Shown here in pieces: positions 9,678 to 19,922 of a DNA stretch of 64,000 bases. Positions within the stretch are counted from its first letter, which is position 1. Each line of letters opens with the position of its first letter. This DNA is from a virus. The DNA lies in IMG/VR virus record IMGVR_UViG_3300027747_003534, positions 1 to 64,000 of that record; one strand, written 5' to 3'. The notes below the pieces were generated by a model. It was not told the DNA's origin. It searched no databases and saw only the letters and a list, made by a program, of their open reading frames with translations. Position numbers and translations under genes: made by a program.

Positions 9678-10655
9678 ATGAATATCGTCAAATCCATATT
9701 AGAACAAGGTGGATCAATCCATCCTTTAGTAGTTCCTTCTTCATCAATGATAGGAACTTCTCTAACCAATCCTTCTATTTTTAGAAACAAAGATAATCAA
9801 TTAATTGTTAATTTACGCAATATCAATTATGTTTTATATCATGCAGAGAATGGGGTTAATGAGCACATATGGGGACCTCTATGCTATTTACATCCAGAAA
9901 ACGATATTACATTAACAACATACAATATATTGTGTAATTTAAATGAAAAACTAGAAATAGAATCTCATAGCATTGTAGATACGTCTTTGTTAGATGAAAA
10001 ACCTTTGTGGGAATTTGTAGGATTAGAAGATTGTAGAATAGTAGAATGGGATAATAAATTTTTTCTTTCTGGAGTACGAAGGGACACTACTACTAATGGC
10101 GAAGGACGAATGGAATTATCAGAAATTTTAATCAAAAATAATAAAAGTGTTGAAATTAAAAGACAAAGAATTCCAGCGCCAGGAAATAATAGTAGTTACT
10201 GTGAGAAAAACTGGATGCCCATTCTGGACAAGCCATATCATTATGTAAAATGGACAAACCCTACAGAAGTAGCTAAATTTGATCCGGTTACAGGCATTTG
10301 CGAAACTGTAATATTAACAGAATACCAAGATCTAAAAGCTGCTGATTTAAGAGGTGGATCTCAGGTTATTCCTTTTGAAGATCATTACTTAGCATTAACT
10401 CATGAAACTTATTTATTTAAGAGTGAAGCAGGAAGAAAGAATGTATCATACAAACATAGATTGGTATTATGGAATCAAGATTTTCATATAGTTAAAATTT
10501 CAGAACCATTTAGCTTTACAGGATGTGAGGTTGAATTTTGTTGTGGCCTATGTGACTATAATGATAGTTTATTGATGACTTTTGGAGTACAAGATAATGC
10601 AGCATATTTATTAGAAGCTCCAAAACATATAATTAAGAAGATGTTGAATATATGA
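9678..10655 (+). CDS. Five-bladed beta-propeller glycoside hydrolase/phosphorylase-like protein (GH130/GH43/DUF377 type)
   Basis: NPSI, GLEDCRI, EKNWMP, RGGSQ, VEFCCGL, FGVQD motifs. Confidence 0.65.
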   Translation: MNIVKSILEQGGSIHPLVVPSSSMIGTSLTNPSIFRNKDNQLIVNLRNINYVLYHAENGVNEHIWGPLCYLHPENDITLTTYNILCNLNEKLEIESHSIVDTSLLDEKPLWEFVGLEDCRIVEWDNKFFLSGVRRDTTTNGEGRMELSEILIKNNKSVEIKRQRIPAPGNNSSYCEKNWMPILDKPYHYVKWTNPTEVAKFDPVTGICETVILTEYQDLKAADLRGGSQVIPFEDHYLALTHETYLFKSEAGRKNVSYKHRLVLWNQDFHIVKISEPFSFTGCEVEFCCGLCDYNDSLLMTFGVQDNAAYLLEAPKHIIKKMLNI

Positions 10656-11899
10656 AATTACTAGATAATTATATTAATGATCACACTAATGATATAGCAA
10701 TTTTTGAGCTAGCAAAATGGTATGAGGATCAGAAACATTATGCTCCAGCATCAGGATTCTATATTAAATGTGCAGAATTTACAAATAATCAATTACTGAG
10801 ATATAAATGTATTTTACGTACCTTTTTATGTTACAAACAAATCGGCAATAGAGACCATACTTGTGAAAATCTATTAAAACAAGCAATTGCTATATATCCT
10901 TCAAGAAGAGAAGCATATTTCTTTTTGAGTCAATTACATGAACATAGACTACAATGGATGGATTCTTATACTTATGCTTGTATAGGACTAGCATTAGAAG
11001 AGCCATCAGACAATCTTGATGTGGGCTATGAGGGCGAATATTTTTTGGTTTTTCAAAAAGCAGTAGCTTCATGGTGGTGCGGTAAACCCAGAGAAGCTAG
11101 AAAACTATTGCGAGTTTTAATGAATGATTATAAGGATAAACTTAACGACATTTATAAGCATCTAATTCAACAAAACTTATCTACACTAGGATCAGGTCCA
11201 GAGTCCGAAGCTATTACCAGATACGACCAATCCCAGCATGATCTATTAAGATTTAAATTTCCAGGCTCAGAAAATATAGAAAAGAACTTTTCTCAGGTAT
11301 GTCAGGATCTATTCATCTTAGCTGCTTTGCAAGGTAAAACTAACGGAACCTATCTGGAAATAGGATCAGCCCACGCTTTCCACAATAGTAATACAGCATT
11401 GCTTGAACAAAACTTTAACTGGACCGGGGTTGGAATAGAACTAAATGGAGAGTTAGCCTCACAACATATCCATGAAAGAAAAAATAGAGTTATAAATGGA
11501 GATGCTTTAGCAGTAGATTACGATAAACTATTGTCTGAAACTTTCTCTTCTAATATTATCGACTATCTACAACTAGATATAGAACCATCTAAAAATACAT
11601 TTGAAGCACTATTATTAATACCATTTAATAAGTACAAATTTAGAGTTATTACTTACGAACATGATCATTATGTAGATATGAGTAAAATATATCGAGAAAA
11701 ATCTAGAAGGTATTTAGAAAGTGTTGGTTATACTCTTGTATTTAATGATATATCACCTCATAGTGATTGTACATTTGAAGATTGGTGGGTTCATAAAGAC
11801 CTCATAGACGCAGAGGTACTTAACGAATTCAAATCGTATCCTGCTCAAGATATTAATGTGATCAAAGATCTTATGTTCTTAAAAAAAAAAGAAATCTAA
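10652..11899 (+). CDS. TPR-repeat plus FkbM-like SAM methyltransferase; possibly extended by slippage at A10
   Basis: N-terminal helical TPR-like repeats; SQVCQDLF...YLEIGS...SNT..LE..NWTGVGIE...IDYLQLDIE...EHD...EDWWV. Confidence 0.75.
   Translation: MKLLDNYINDHTNDIAIFELAKWYEDQKHYAPASGFYIKCAEFTNNQLLRYKCILRTFLCYKQIGNRDHTCENLLKQAIAIYPSRREAYFFLSQLHEHRLQWMDSYTYACIGLALEEPSDNLDVGYEGEYFLVFQKAVASWWCGKPREARKLLRVLMNDYKDKLNDIYKHLIQQNLSTLGSGPESEAITRYDQSQHDLLRFKFPGSENIEKNFSQVCQDLFILAALQGKTNGTYLEIGSAHAFHNSNTALLEQNFNWTGVGIELNGELASQHIHERKNRVINGDALAVDYDKLLSETFSSNIIDYLQLDIEPSKNTFEALLLIPFNKYKFRVITYEHDHYVDMSKIYREKSRRYLESVGYTLVFNDISPHSDCTFEDWWVHKDLIDAEVLNEFKSYPAQDINVIKDLMFLKKKEI
11881..11890 (+). repeat. A10 homopolymer at the frame junction
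   Basis: ttctt-aaaaaaaaaa-gaaatctaa. Confidence 0.9.
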
Positions 11900-13218
11900 T
11901 AGCCTTAGCTAATTTTCCAACGGTCAATTATATTAGCATAGAGGAGTCGAAAAAAAGAAGATCAAATTTAATTCAACAATTTAAACAATATAATATCACA
12001 AACTTTACTCCACACATCTATAAAAGATATCAAGAGTATGATAATGTAGTTTTAAATGGGTCATATGTAAAAGATCTTCATGAGAATAGCAAAGGCCCCA
12101 CAACTTCCCACATAAAAGCAATCAAAAGCTGGTATGATTCAACCAATGAAGACTATGCTTTCTTTTGTGAAGATGATCTCTCCCTAGAACCTGTACAATA
12201 TTGGTCTTTTACTTGGGATGAGTTTGTTAATAATCTACCACAAGACTGGGAGTGTATCCAGTTAGCTTGGATTAGACCTAATTATCCAGACATAACATTT
12301 AGATTAAGAGATGTTCACGATTGGGGAGCAGCAGCATATTTAATCAAAAGAGAATATGCCAAAAAAATTATAGATCATTATTACGTTAGCGACAATGAAT
12401 TTAATTTAGATATATACAATACCAATCTTATTCCAATAGTTGAAAACATTCTTTTCGCTAATTTAGGAGTTGTATATAATATTCCATTATTAGTAGAAGA
12501 TGTTAAAAATGTTGAATCAACATATTTTGGAATAGACTTTACAGCAATTAATGGACAAGGAGAATATCATTGGGATTCATATAACCATATTATGCATTGG
12601 TGGAAAAATGTAGGAGTTAATTTTACTATTAAACAAATAATGTCTACACTACAAATTCAACATATTTATCAACAAAGTCAATTTGGAGAGGATTGGTTTA
12701 GTTATCCTAATTTATACAGATCTATAGTTGATCAATTCCCTTCTGGAAGCACTTTTGTCGAAGTTGGCAGCTGGAAAGGTAAATCTTCTGCTTTTATGGC
12801 TGTTGAAATTGCTAACTCTAAAAAAAATATTGAGTTTTATTGTATAGATACCTGGGAGGGAAGCCTAGAACATCAACACAATAAAGAGTTAGAAAAATTA
12901 TATGATATTTTTACTAATAATATGCAACCATTACAAAAATATTACAAAGACTTTAGAATGAGTTCTTTGGAGGCAGTTCATAGATTCAAAGATCAATCCT
13001 TAGATTTCGTTTTTATTGACGCTTCTCATGAATATGAAGATGTTAAAAAAGATATAGAAGCATGGTTACCTAAAATTAAAGCTGGTGGTATTTTAGCAGG
13101 ACATGATTATTATCTTGGAGATATTGATTACTTTCCTGGCGTTAAAAAAGCTGTTAATGAATGCTTATCTAATATTCAAACGTCAGAAAATTGTTTTATT
13201 TTTAGAAAAATTTCATAA
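11881..13218 (+). CDS. Glycosyltransferase family 25-like domain fused to a class I SAM methyltransferase (Methyltransf_24-like); no ATG/GTG/TTG start before 12592
   Basis: Frame 1 is open from 11857 to TAA 13216-13218. Manual translation gives FPTVNYISIEESKKRR...GPTTSHIKAI...FFCEDD...DWECIQL...WGAAAYLIKREYAKKII (GT25), then FVEVGSWKGKS...FVFIDASHEYEDV...GHDY. Confidence 0.75.
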   Translation, partial: KKKRNLIALANFPTVNYISIEESKKRRSNLIQQFKQYNITNFTPHIYKRYQEYDNVVLNGSYVKDLHENSKGPTTSHIKAIKSWYDSTNEDYAFFCEDDLSLEPVQYWSFTWDEFVNNLPQDWECIQLAWIRPNYPDITFRLRDVHDWGAAAYLIKREYAKKIIDHYYVSDNEFNLDIYNTNLIPIVENILFANLGVVYNIPLLVEDVKNVESTYFGIDFTAINGQGEYHWDSYNHIMHWWKNVGVNFTIKQIMSTLQIQHIYQQSQFGEDWFSYPNLYRSIVDQFPSGSTFVEVGSWKGKSSAFMAVEIANSKKNIEFYCIDTWEGSLEHQHNKELEKLYDIFTNNMQPLQKYYKDFRMSSLEAVHRFKDQSLDFVFIDASHEYEDVKKDIEAWLPKIKAGGILAGHDYYLGDIDYFPGVKKAVNECLSNIQTSENCFIFRKIS

Positions 13219-13248
13219 ATTTACTCTTTTAATACTAAGATCCAGCAC

Positions 13249-13255
13249 GGTGTAT
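13249..13255 (+). promoter_or_regulatory. GGTGTAT putative promoter motif
   Basis: Intergenic, begins 50 nt upstream of ATG 13299. Confidence 0.5.
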
Positions 13256-13298
13256 ATTTTGATAGTCATAATATCTACCTAGGATTATTAATATACCT

Positions 13299-16200
13299 AT
13301 GACAATAAATTATAATAATGCTCAATTAGGTCAATCTATTAGCGCGTCTGGCACTAAAGAGACCATATTTATTTCTACAGATAATAAAGTAGGCATTAAT
13401 ACTAATACACCAAGTGGTCAACTAGATATTATTGGTAATACTAATATTAGTGGATTAATTATAGCAAATAGTGGACAATTTAATAATTTATCTTTACCTT
13501 CTCTTGGTACTATAGCTAATCCTCAGAATAGTGATTATTTACTGATTCAAACTAGTGGTTTAATTAATAGATCATTGATAAGTAATATATTGCTCCAAGG
13601 TAGTCAAGGCACCATCGGCAGTCAAGGTAGTCAAGGAGTTCAAGGTGTTCAAGGCCGACAAGGTACTCAAGGAGTTCAAGGTACCGTTGGTAGTCAGGGT
13701 ACCGTGGGAAGTCAAGGCATCGTTGGCAGTACCGGCAGTCAAGGTACTCAAGGAGGCCAGGGATTACAAGGGACACAAGGAACTCAGGGTGTTCAAGGCA
13801 TACAAGGAACCCAAGGTTCTGGGGCCACAAATTTAGTTCAAAGTGTTGCTGGCAAAACTGGCGTTGTTACTTTAAGCTCGTCAGACATATCAAATAGTTA
13901 TTCCAACTGGACTCAAACAACTTTTCCTACAAGTTCTTCATGGTACGGTGCTGCCTACGGCAATAAAACCTTTCTTGTCACAGGCAACGGCACCGCAGCA
14001 GCAACCAGCACTGATGGGCTTACTTGGATTCAAAGAACCATGCCAGCTAGCACTTTTTGGAAAAGTGTAGCATATGGAAATGGCAATTTTGTTGCCATCG
14101 GTAACTTCACGGACATTGCAGCAACAAGTCCAGATGGAGTCACATGGACCCAGAGAACTCTTCCTGTTAGTACTAATTGGCTGGATATTGCCTATGGAAA
14201 TGGTGTTTTTATTGTCATAGACTCGTCAAGTGTTTGTGCGACTAGCATAGATGGAATTACGTGGACTCAAAGAACTATGCCTAGTAGTTCCGTTTGGATT
14301 TCAATCACATATGGCAATGGTGTTTTTGTTGCAGTTGCTAATTCTTCAAACAAAGTAGCCACTAGCTATGATGGTATTACATGGAATCAAACAACTCTCC
14401 CAACGAGTGCTGGTTGGTGTTCTGTTACCTATGGAAACGGCACCTTTGTAGCTGTTTCTAAGTCTTCTTCAAACATTGCAGCAACGAGTCCAGATGGAGT
14501 CACATGGACTCAGAGAACTCTTCCTGCTAGTGGCGATTGGTATGTTTCTTACGGAAATGGAACTTTTGTTGCTCTAAATTCTATTTCAGACACTGGGGCG
14601 ATAAGTCCTGACGGTATTAATTGGACATCTAGGACTATTATTAGCGGCCAAACTTCTTTTACTGCTTTAGTCTATGGTAATGGTGTTTTTGTCACAGCAT
14701 CAATAGGATCTACAGTCGGAGCAACTAGTGTAGAAAGTTTTGCTAATATAAATGGACTTGCGCAGGATATTCAAGGTTCTCAAGGTACGCAAGGTACAGT
14801 TGGTAGTCAGGGTACCGTGGGAAGTCAAGGCACCGTTGGCATTACCGGCAGTCAAGGTAGTCAAGGAGTTCAAGGCTTACAAGGCGTTCAAGGTTTACAA
14901 GGAGCGCAAGGACTACAAGGAACTCAAGGAACAATCGGAGCTAGTGCTGGATTAAATTGGGTATTTTCCACTGATACCACAGTTTCGGATCCGGGTGCTG
15001 GGAATATTAAATATAATAGTGCGACACTAACCTCTGTTACTATTATTTCTATTTCACTAACTGACGCCACAAGCACTAATCGCAATGGAGTTTTATCTAT
15101 ATTAGGTTCTTCAAATGATCCCACTAGCAAAGCTGTAATTACATTATCTAATGTTTTTGGTTCTGGACCCCAGCAATTTACGGTAACAGGCACACCTACT
15201 AATAATACAACATGGTATTCCATTCCTGTTTCTTGGTTATCAGGTTTAAATTCATACTCAAATGGAGGAACAGCATGGATACGATTTGACAGAACTGGCA
15301 ACCAAGGCACTCAAGGTGTTCAAGGTACTCAAGGCTCGCAGGGAACACAAGGTTTACAAGGAACTCAAGGTGTTCAAGGTGTTCAAGGCGTTCAAGGTCT
15401 GCAAGGCACTCAAGGAACTCAAGGTGCCGTGGGAAGTCAAGGCGCCGTTGGCAGCACAGGCAGTCAAGGAGTCCAAGGATTACAAGGGACACAAGGAACC
15501 CAGGGCATTCAAGGCTTACAGGGTGTGCAGGGTACTCAGGGAGTTCAAGGTTTGCAAGGAGTACAAGGCACCCAAGGCACCCAAGGCACCCAAGGTATCC
15601 AAGGCTTACAGGGCGTCCAAGGCGTTCAAGGTACTCAGGGCGTTCAAGGTTTACAAGGTACTCAGGGTGTTCAGGGCTTACAAGGCGTTCAAGGCACTCA
15701 AGGCGTCCAAGGCACAATAGGACTTGGATATTCAGGAATAACGTCAACAACATCCGCAACGCCAGCCTCTACTGGCACAATTACTTTAACAACAAATGCC
15801 CAAGGAGCATTCGCAACTGGAAATCGTGTTCGTGCAATAAACACAGCGTCTAATTTATTTGAAGGCATAGTAACAATTACTGGTGGCACATCATTTGCTA
15901 TCGCCGCTGATTATAATCTGGGCACAACCATAGCAACATCCTGGACGATAACACTCGCAGGTGTTCGTGGCGTTCAAGGTACTCAAGGCGTTCAAGGCAC
16001 TCAAGGCGTTCAAGGTACTCAAGGTTCACAAGGAGTGCAAGGAACTCAAGGTCTACAAGGAGTGCAAGGATCTCAAGGCACTCAAGGCTTACAAGGAACA
16101 CAAGGTGTACAGGGCGTTCAAGGCTTACAAGGCGTTCAAGGTACCGTTGGTAGTCAGGGAACTACGGGAAGTCAGGGAGTTCAAGGCTTACAAGGTACTC

Positions 16201-16448
16201 AGGGTGTGCAAGGCACCAGAGGATCAGCATCCACATACTCAGTCCTCATAGGCGACGGAACAAACACTACATACGCAGTCACACATAATTTAAATACAGC
16301 AAATGATACATATGTTGTTATTAGAGATACAACTACAAACTACTATGTTTATCCAGATATAGTATATGTAAATGCAAATAGCTTGAATGTGATATTTGTT
16401 TCTGCTCCAACTACCAACCAATACAGAGTGTCTGTAATAGGAACATAA
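13299..16448 (+). CDS. Collagen-like (Gly-X-Gln) tail fibre with an internal beta-propeller
   Basis: Four QG(T/V/S/L) collagen blocks; about 7 repeats of WTQRTLP...W..V.YGNG.FVA...S.DG; C-terminal V.HNL module. Confidence 0.85.
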   Translation: MTINYNNAQLGQSISASGTKETIFISTDNKVGINTNTPSGQLDIIGNTNISGLIIANSGQFNNLSLPSLGTIANPQNSDYLLIQTSGLINRSLISNILLQGSQGTIGSQGSQGVQGVQGRQGTQGVQGTVGSQGTVGSQGIVGSTGSQGTQGGQGLQGTQGTQGVQGIQGTQGSGATNLVQSVAGKTGVVTLSSSDISNSYSNWTQTTFPTSSSWYGAAYGNKTFLVTGNGTAAATSTDGLTWIQRTMPASTFWKSVAYGNGNFVAIGNFTDIAATSPDGVTWTQRTLPVSTNWLDIAYGNGVFIVIDSSSVCATSIDGITWTQRTMPSSSVWISITYGNGVFVAVANSSNKVATSYDGITWNQTTLPTSAGWCSVTYGNGTFVAVSKSSSNIAATSPDGVTWTQRTLPASGDWYVSYGNGTFVALNSISDTGAISPDGINWTSRTIISGQTSFTALVYGNGVFVTASIGSTVGATSVESFANINGLAQDIQGSQGTQGTVGSQGTVGSQGTVGITGSQGSQGVQGLQGVQGLQGAQGLQGTQGTIGASAGLNWVFSTDTTVSDPGAGNIKYNSATLTSVTIISISLTDATSTNRNGVLSILGSSNDPTSKAVITLSNVFGSGPQQFTVTGTPTNNTTWYSIPVSWLSGLNSYSNGGTAWIRFDRTGNQGTQGVQGTQGSQGTQGLQGTQGVQGVQGVQGLQGTQGTQGAVGSQGAVGSTGSQGVQGLQGTQGTQGIQGLQGVQGTQGVQGLQGVQGTQGTQGTQGIQGLQGVQGVQGTQGVQGLQGTQGVQGLQGVQGTQGVQGTIGLGYSGITSTTSATPASTGTITLTTNAQGAFATGNRVRAINTASNLFEGIVTITGGTSFAIAADYNLGTTIATSWTITLAGVRGVQGTQGVQGTQGVQGTQGSQGVQGTQGLQGVQGSQGTQGLQGTQGVQGVQGLQGVQGTVGSQGTTGSQGVQGLQGTQGVQGTRGSASTYSVLIGDGTNTTYAVTHNLNTANDTYVVIRDTTTNYYVYPDIVYVNANSLNVIFVSAPTTNQYRVSVIGT

Positions 16449-16451
16449 TAT

Positions 16452-17588
16452 ATGCCAGATGTAAATATTATATCTTCAAAATTTGCAGAAAATGTTCAAA
16501 AAGCAGCCAATGGTTTTTTACCCTCTGGTGACGATGGCAGCATAGATTCTTTTTTAAATTCTTGGAATAACTTCAAAAGTCTTTTGAACAAAAGCGTTAC
16601 TGCTGGTAGTATTTTTAGCAATCCTATAGTAAGTACCTACAACTTAATTTATACCGCAGGAACAGCTTATATCGGTGGAGTACTTGCTCCTAATGGGGAT
16701 ATTAATTTTGTGCCTTGTAGTGCTAATAGAGGACAAAAAATAGATAAAAATGGAGCGGTAAGCACATATAGTTTAGTTTATACCGCAGGAACAGCTTACT
16801 CAGGAGGAGTTTTATCTTCTGCTGGAGAAGTTCATTTTGTTCCATATTTTGCTAATAGAGGACAAAAAATAGATAAAAATGGAGTGGTAAGCACATACAG
16901 CTTGATTTACACAACCTCTATAGGAGCGTACACAGGAGGTGTTGTTGGAGCTAATGGTGATATTCATTTTATACCTTTTAATGCTACTGTAGGACAAAAG
17001 ATAAATAGTAGTAATGTTATTAGTACATATAGTTTAATTTATACCGTAACTAATGCTTATAATGGAGGGGTTTTGGCTCCCAACGGAGACATATATTTTG
17101 TCCCTTTTGCAGCGAGCGTAGGACAAAAAATCAGTAGTAGCGGAGTTGTAAGCACATATAGTTTAGTATATTCTGTTACTAACGGATATAATGGTGGTGT
17201 TTTAGATAGCAATGGAAATATTAATTTCGTTCCATATTCTGCGACTGTAGGACAAAAAATAAATACAAATGGAGCGGTAAGCACATATAGTTTGATTTAT
17301 ACGACCACATTTGCATATTCTGGAGGTGTTTTATCGCCAAATGGAGATATTTATTTTATACCTAGATTTGCCAATAGAGGTCAAAAAATAAGCTCTACAG
17401 GTGTAGTAAGTACATATAGTCTAATTTATACATTGTCAACTGGTGGGTACTCTGGTGGTGTTTTATCTACAAACGCTGATATTAATTTCTTTTCATTAAA
17501 TGGTGCTGTTGGTCAAAAAATATCCACCACAGCCGCTCTTCCTTTTGACATTGGCACTTGTTGTTCACCTTTCTTAAACAAATCTTAA
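16452..17588 (+). CDS. 7-bladed beta-propeller virion protein, paralog 1
   Basis: 7 repeats of about 43 aa (STYSL.YT...Y.GGVL..NGDI.F.P....GQKI); ends SPFLNKS. Confidence 0.8.
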   Translation: MPDVNIISSKFAENVQKAANGFLPSGDDGSIDSFLNSWNNFKSLLNKSVTAGSIFSNPIVSTYNLIYTAGTAYIGGVLAPNGDINFVPCSANRGQKIDKNGAVSTYSLVYTAGTAYSGGVLSSAGEVHFVPYFANRGQKIDKNGVVSTYSLIYTTSIGAYTGGVVGANGDIHFIPFNATVGQKINSSNVISTYSLIYTVTNAYNGGVLAPNGDIYFVPFAASVGQKISSSGVVSTYSLVYSVTNGYNGGVLDSNGNINFVPYSATVGQKINTNGAVSTYSLIYTTTFAYSGGVLSPNGDIYFIPRFANRGQKISSTGVVSTYSLIYTLSTGGYSGGVLSTNADINFFSLNGAVGQKISTTAALPFDIGTCCSPFLNKS

Positions 17589-17591
17589 ATC

Positions 17592-18719
17592 ATGGCAATA
17601 TACGACATATCACCAACATGGCAGACCGAAGTTAAAAACAAAGTAAGGGGAGCTATTCCTAATTGTGATAACAGTAGTATTAGCAGTGATTTGGTTGCTT
17701 GGAATCAATTTAAAACACTGTTGGAAAAATCTCAGAATAATGGAACAGCATTTAGTCAAGGAATAGTTAGCACTTATAGTTTGGTTTATACAGGAGCTGG
17801 AGGTGGAGTATATAATGGTGGAGTTTTAGCACCAAATGGAGATATACATTTTGTGCCAAGGTCTGCAGACAGAGGGCAAAAAATAAATAGTAGCGGAGTG
17901 GTTAGTACTTATAGTTTAGTTTATACTGGTGGTGCTTACTATGGTGGTGTTTTGGCATCGAATGGAGATATTCATTTTATTGCGCAAAGCGCCGACAGAG
18001 GACAGAAAATTGATATAAACGGAGTTGTTAGCACTTATAGTTTAATTTACACCTCAGCTTTATCATATGCAGGAGGTGTTCTTGCTTCCAATGGAGATAT
18101 ATATTTAATTCCTAGGTCAGCAGACAGAGGGCAAAAAATCAGTAGCTCTGGAGTTGTAAGTACATATAGTTTAATTTATACAACAGCAAGTGCTTATATT
18201 GGAGGGGTATTGGCTCCAAACGGAGATATACACTTCGTACCATACAGCGCAAACAGAGGACAAAAAGTAAGTAGCTCTGGAACTGTTAGTACATATAGTT
18301 TAATTTACACAAACCCAAGCGGAGCATATCAAGGAGGAGTGCTTGCTACCAATGGAGACATTCATTTTGTTCCCAATATTGGGGCTGTGGGACAAAAAAT
18401 TAGCTTATCAGGAGTTGTAAGCACTTATAGTTTAGTTTATACCGGCGGTTCTTACTCTGGCGGGGTTTTAACTCATAACGGAGATATTCATTTCGTGCCA
18501 TCTTCCGCAAGAGTAGGACAAAAAATTAACACTAGTGGAGTAGTAAGTACTTATAGTTTAATTTATACCGGCTTACCATATCAAGGAGGAGTCCTATCCT
18601 CTAACGGAGACATTCATTTTATTCTATTTCAAGCTGCTGTTGGTCAAAAAATCTCCACCCTTCCAGCCAAACCATTAAATATTGGAGTTTGTTGTTCACC
18701 CTTTTTAAATAAGTTCTAA
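17592..18719 (+). CDS. 7-bladed beta-propeller virion protein, paralog 2
   Basis: Same 7 repeats; ends SPFLNKF. Confidence 0.8.
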   Translation: MAIYDISPTWQTEVKNKVRGAIPNCDNSSISSDLVAWNQFKTLLEKSQNNGTAFSQGIVSTYSLVYTGAGGGVYNGGVLAPNGDIHFVPRSADRGQKINSSGVVSTYSLVYTGGAYYGGVLASNGDIHFIAQSADRGQKIDINGVVSTYSLIYTSALSYAGGVLASNGDIYLIPRSADRGQKISSSGVVSTYSLIYTTASAYIGGVLAPNGDIHFVPYSANRGQKVSSSGTVSTYSLIYTNPSGAYQGGVLATNGDIHFVPNIGAVGQKISLSGVVSTYSLVYTGGSYSGGVLTHNGDIHFVPSSARVGQKINTSGVVSTYSLIYTGLPYQGGVLSSNGDIHFILFQAAVGQKISTLPAKPLNIGVCCSPFLNKF

Positions 18720-18720
18720 T

Positions 18721-19851
18721 ATGAGCACAAGATTAAATTCACCATCATTCATTTCAGAAGTTCAAAGTCTTGTTAATGGAACAGTTCCATCTAGCGACAA
18801 TAGCTCTATTGATACTGGTCTTGTGGCGTGGAACAAGATGAAAGTGATACTTGACGAATCAACTACTGGTAGTCAAGTTTTTAATAATACCATTGTGAGC
18901 ACTTATAGTTTAGTTTATACTGTTGGTGCATATGTTGGCGGAGTTTTAGCCCCCAATGGCGACATTCATTTTGTGCCAAACTCTGCAAACAGAGGACAGA
19001 AAATAGATAGTAGCGGAGTGGTAAGCACTTATAGTTTAGTTTATACTGCTACTGCTAGTAGTCCATATGTTGGCGGAGTTTTAGCTCCCAACGGAGATAT
19101 TCATTTTGTGCCATACGTTGCAAACAGAGGACAAAAAATAAGTAGTAGCGGAGTGGTAAGCACTTATAGTTTAGTTTATACTGCTAGTAGTGCATATGCT
19201 GGCGGAGTTTTAGCTCCCAATGGAGACATTCATTTTGTGCCATACGTTGCAGACAGAGGACAAAAAATAAGTAGTAGCGGAGTGGTAAGCACTTATAGTT
19301 TAGTTTATACCTCTGTTAGTGGTGCATATTGGGGCGGTGTTTTAGCTCCCAATGGAGACATTCATTTTGTGCCAACCAGTGCAAACAGAGGACAAAAAAT
19401 AAGTAGTAGCGGAGTAGTTATTACTTATAGTCTAGTTTATACTGCTAGTAGTGCATATGTTGGCGGAGTTTTAGCCCCCAACGGAGATATTCATTTTGTG
19501 CCATACGGTGCAAACAGAGGACAAAAAATAGATATTAATGGAGTTGTTAGCACTTATAGTTTAGTTTATACTGCTAGTAGTGCATATGCTGGCGGAGTTT
19601 TAGCTCCCAACGGAGATATTCATTTTGTGCCATACGGTGCAAACAGAGGACAAAAAATAAGTAGTAGCGGAGTGGTAAGCACTTATAGTTTAGGTTATAC
19701 TGCTAGTAGTGCATATTGGGGCGGAGTCTTGGCACCCAACGGAGACATTCATTTTGTGCCATACACTGCAAACAGAGGGCAAAAGATATCCACACTATCC
19801 GGTTTTGATTTTAAAAATATTGCCCTAAGCCCTTTTTTCAACAAATTTTAA
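18721..19851 (+). CDS. 7-bladed beta-propeller virion protein, paralog 3
   Basis: 7 near-identical repeats of about 129 bp; ends SPFFNKF. Confidence 0.8.
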   Translation: MSTRLNSPSFISEVQSLVNGTVPSSDNSSIDTGLVAWNKMKVILDESTTGSQVFNNTIVSTYSLVYTVGAYVGGVLAPNGDIHFVPNSANRGQKIDSSGVVSTYSLVYTATASSPYVGGVLAPNGDIHFVPYVANRGQKISSSGVVSTYSLVYTASSAYAGGVLAPNGDIHFVPYVADRGQKISSSGVVSTYSLVYTSVSGAYWGGVLAPNGDIHFVPTSANRGQKISSSGVVITYSLVYTASSAYVGGVLAPNGDIHFVPYGANRGQKIDINGVVSTYSLVYTASSAYAGGVLAPNGDIHFVPYGANRGQKISSSGVVSTYSLGYTASSAYWGGVLAPNGDIHFVPYTANRGQKISTLSGFDFKNIALSPFFNKF

Positions 19852-19852
19852 C

Positions 19853-19881
19853 TTGCCTAAATCGAAGATAGCTTGTATTAT
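19853..19881 (+). promoter_or_regulatory. Sigma70-like promoter TTGCCT-N17-TATTAT
   Basis: -35 at 19853-19858, -10 at 19876-19881, upstream of ATG 19923. The AT-rich background lowers specificity. Confidence 0.4.
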
Positions 19882-19922
19882 ATATCAATAGGAATTTATT
19901 ATTCATCAGGAAACTTAAGATT

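Noticed and set aside
13564-16251. Alternative-frame ORFs in the collagen gene (FKVLK.../LEHLE...)
   Set aside because: They are by-products of the 9-bp CAAGGN periodicity.
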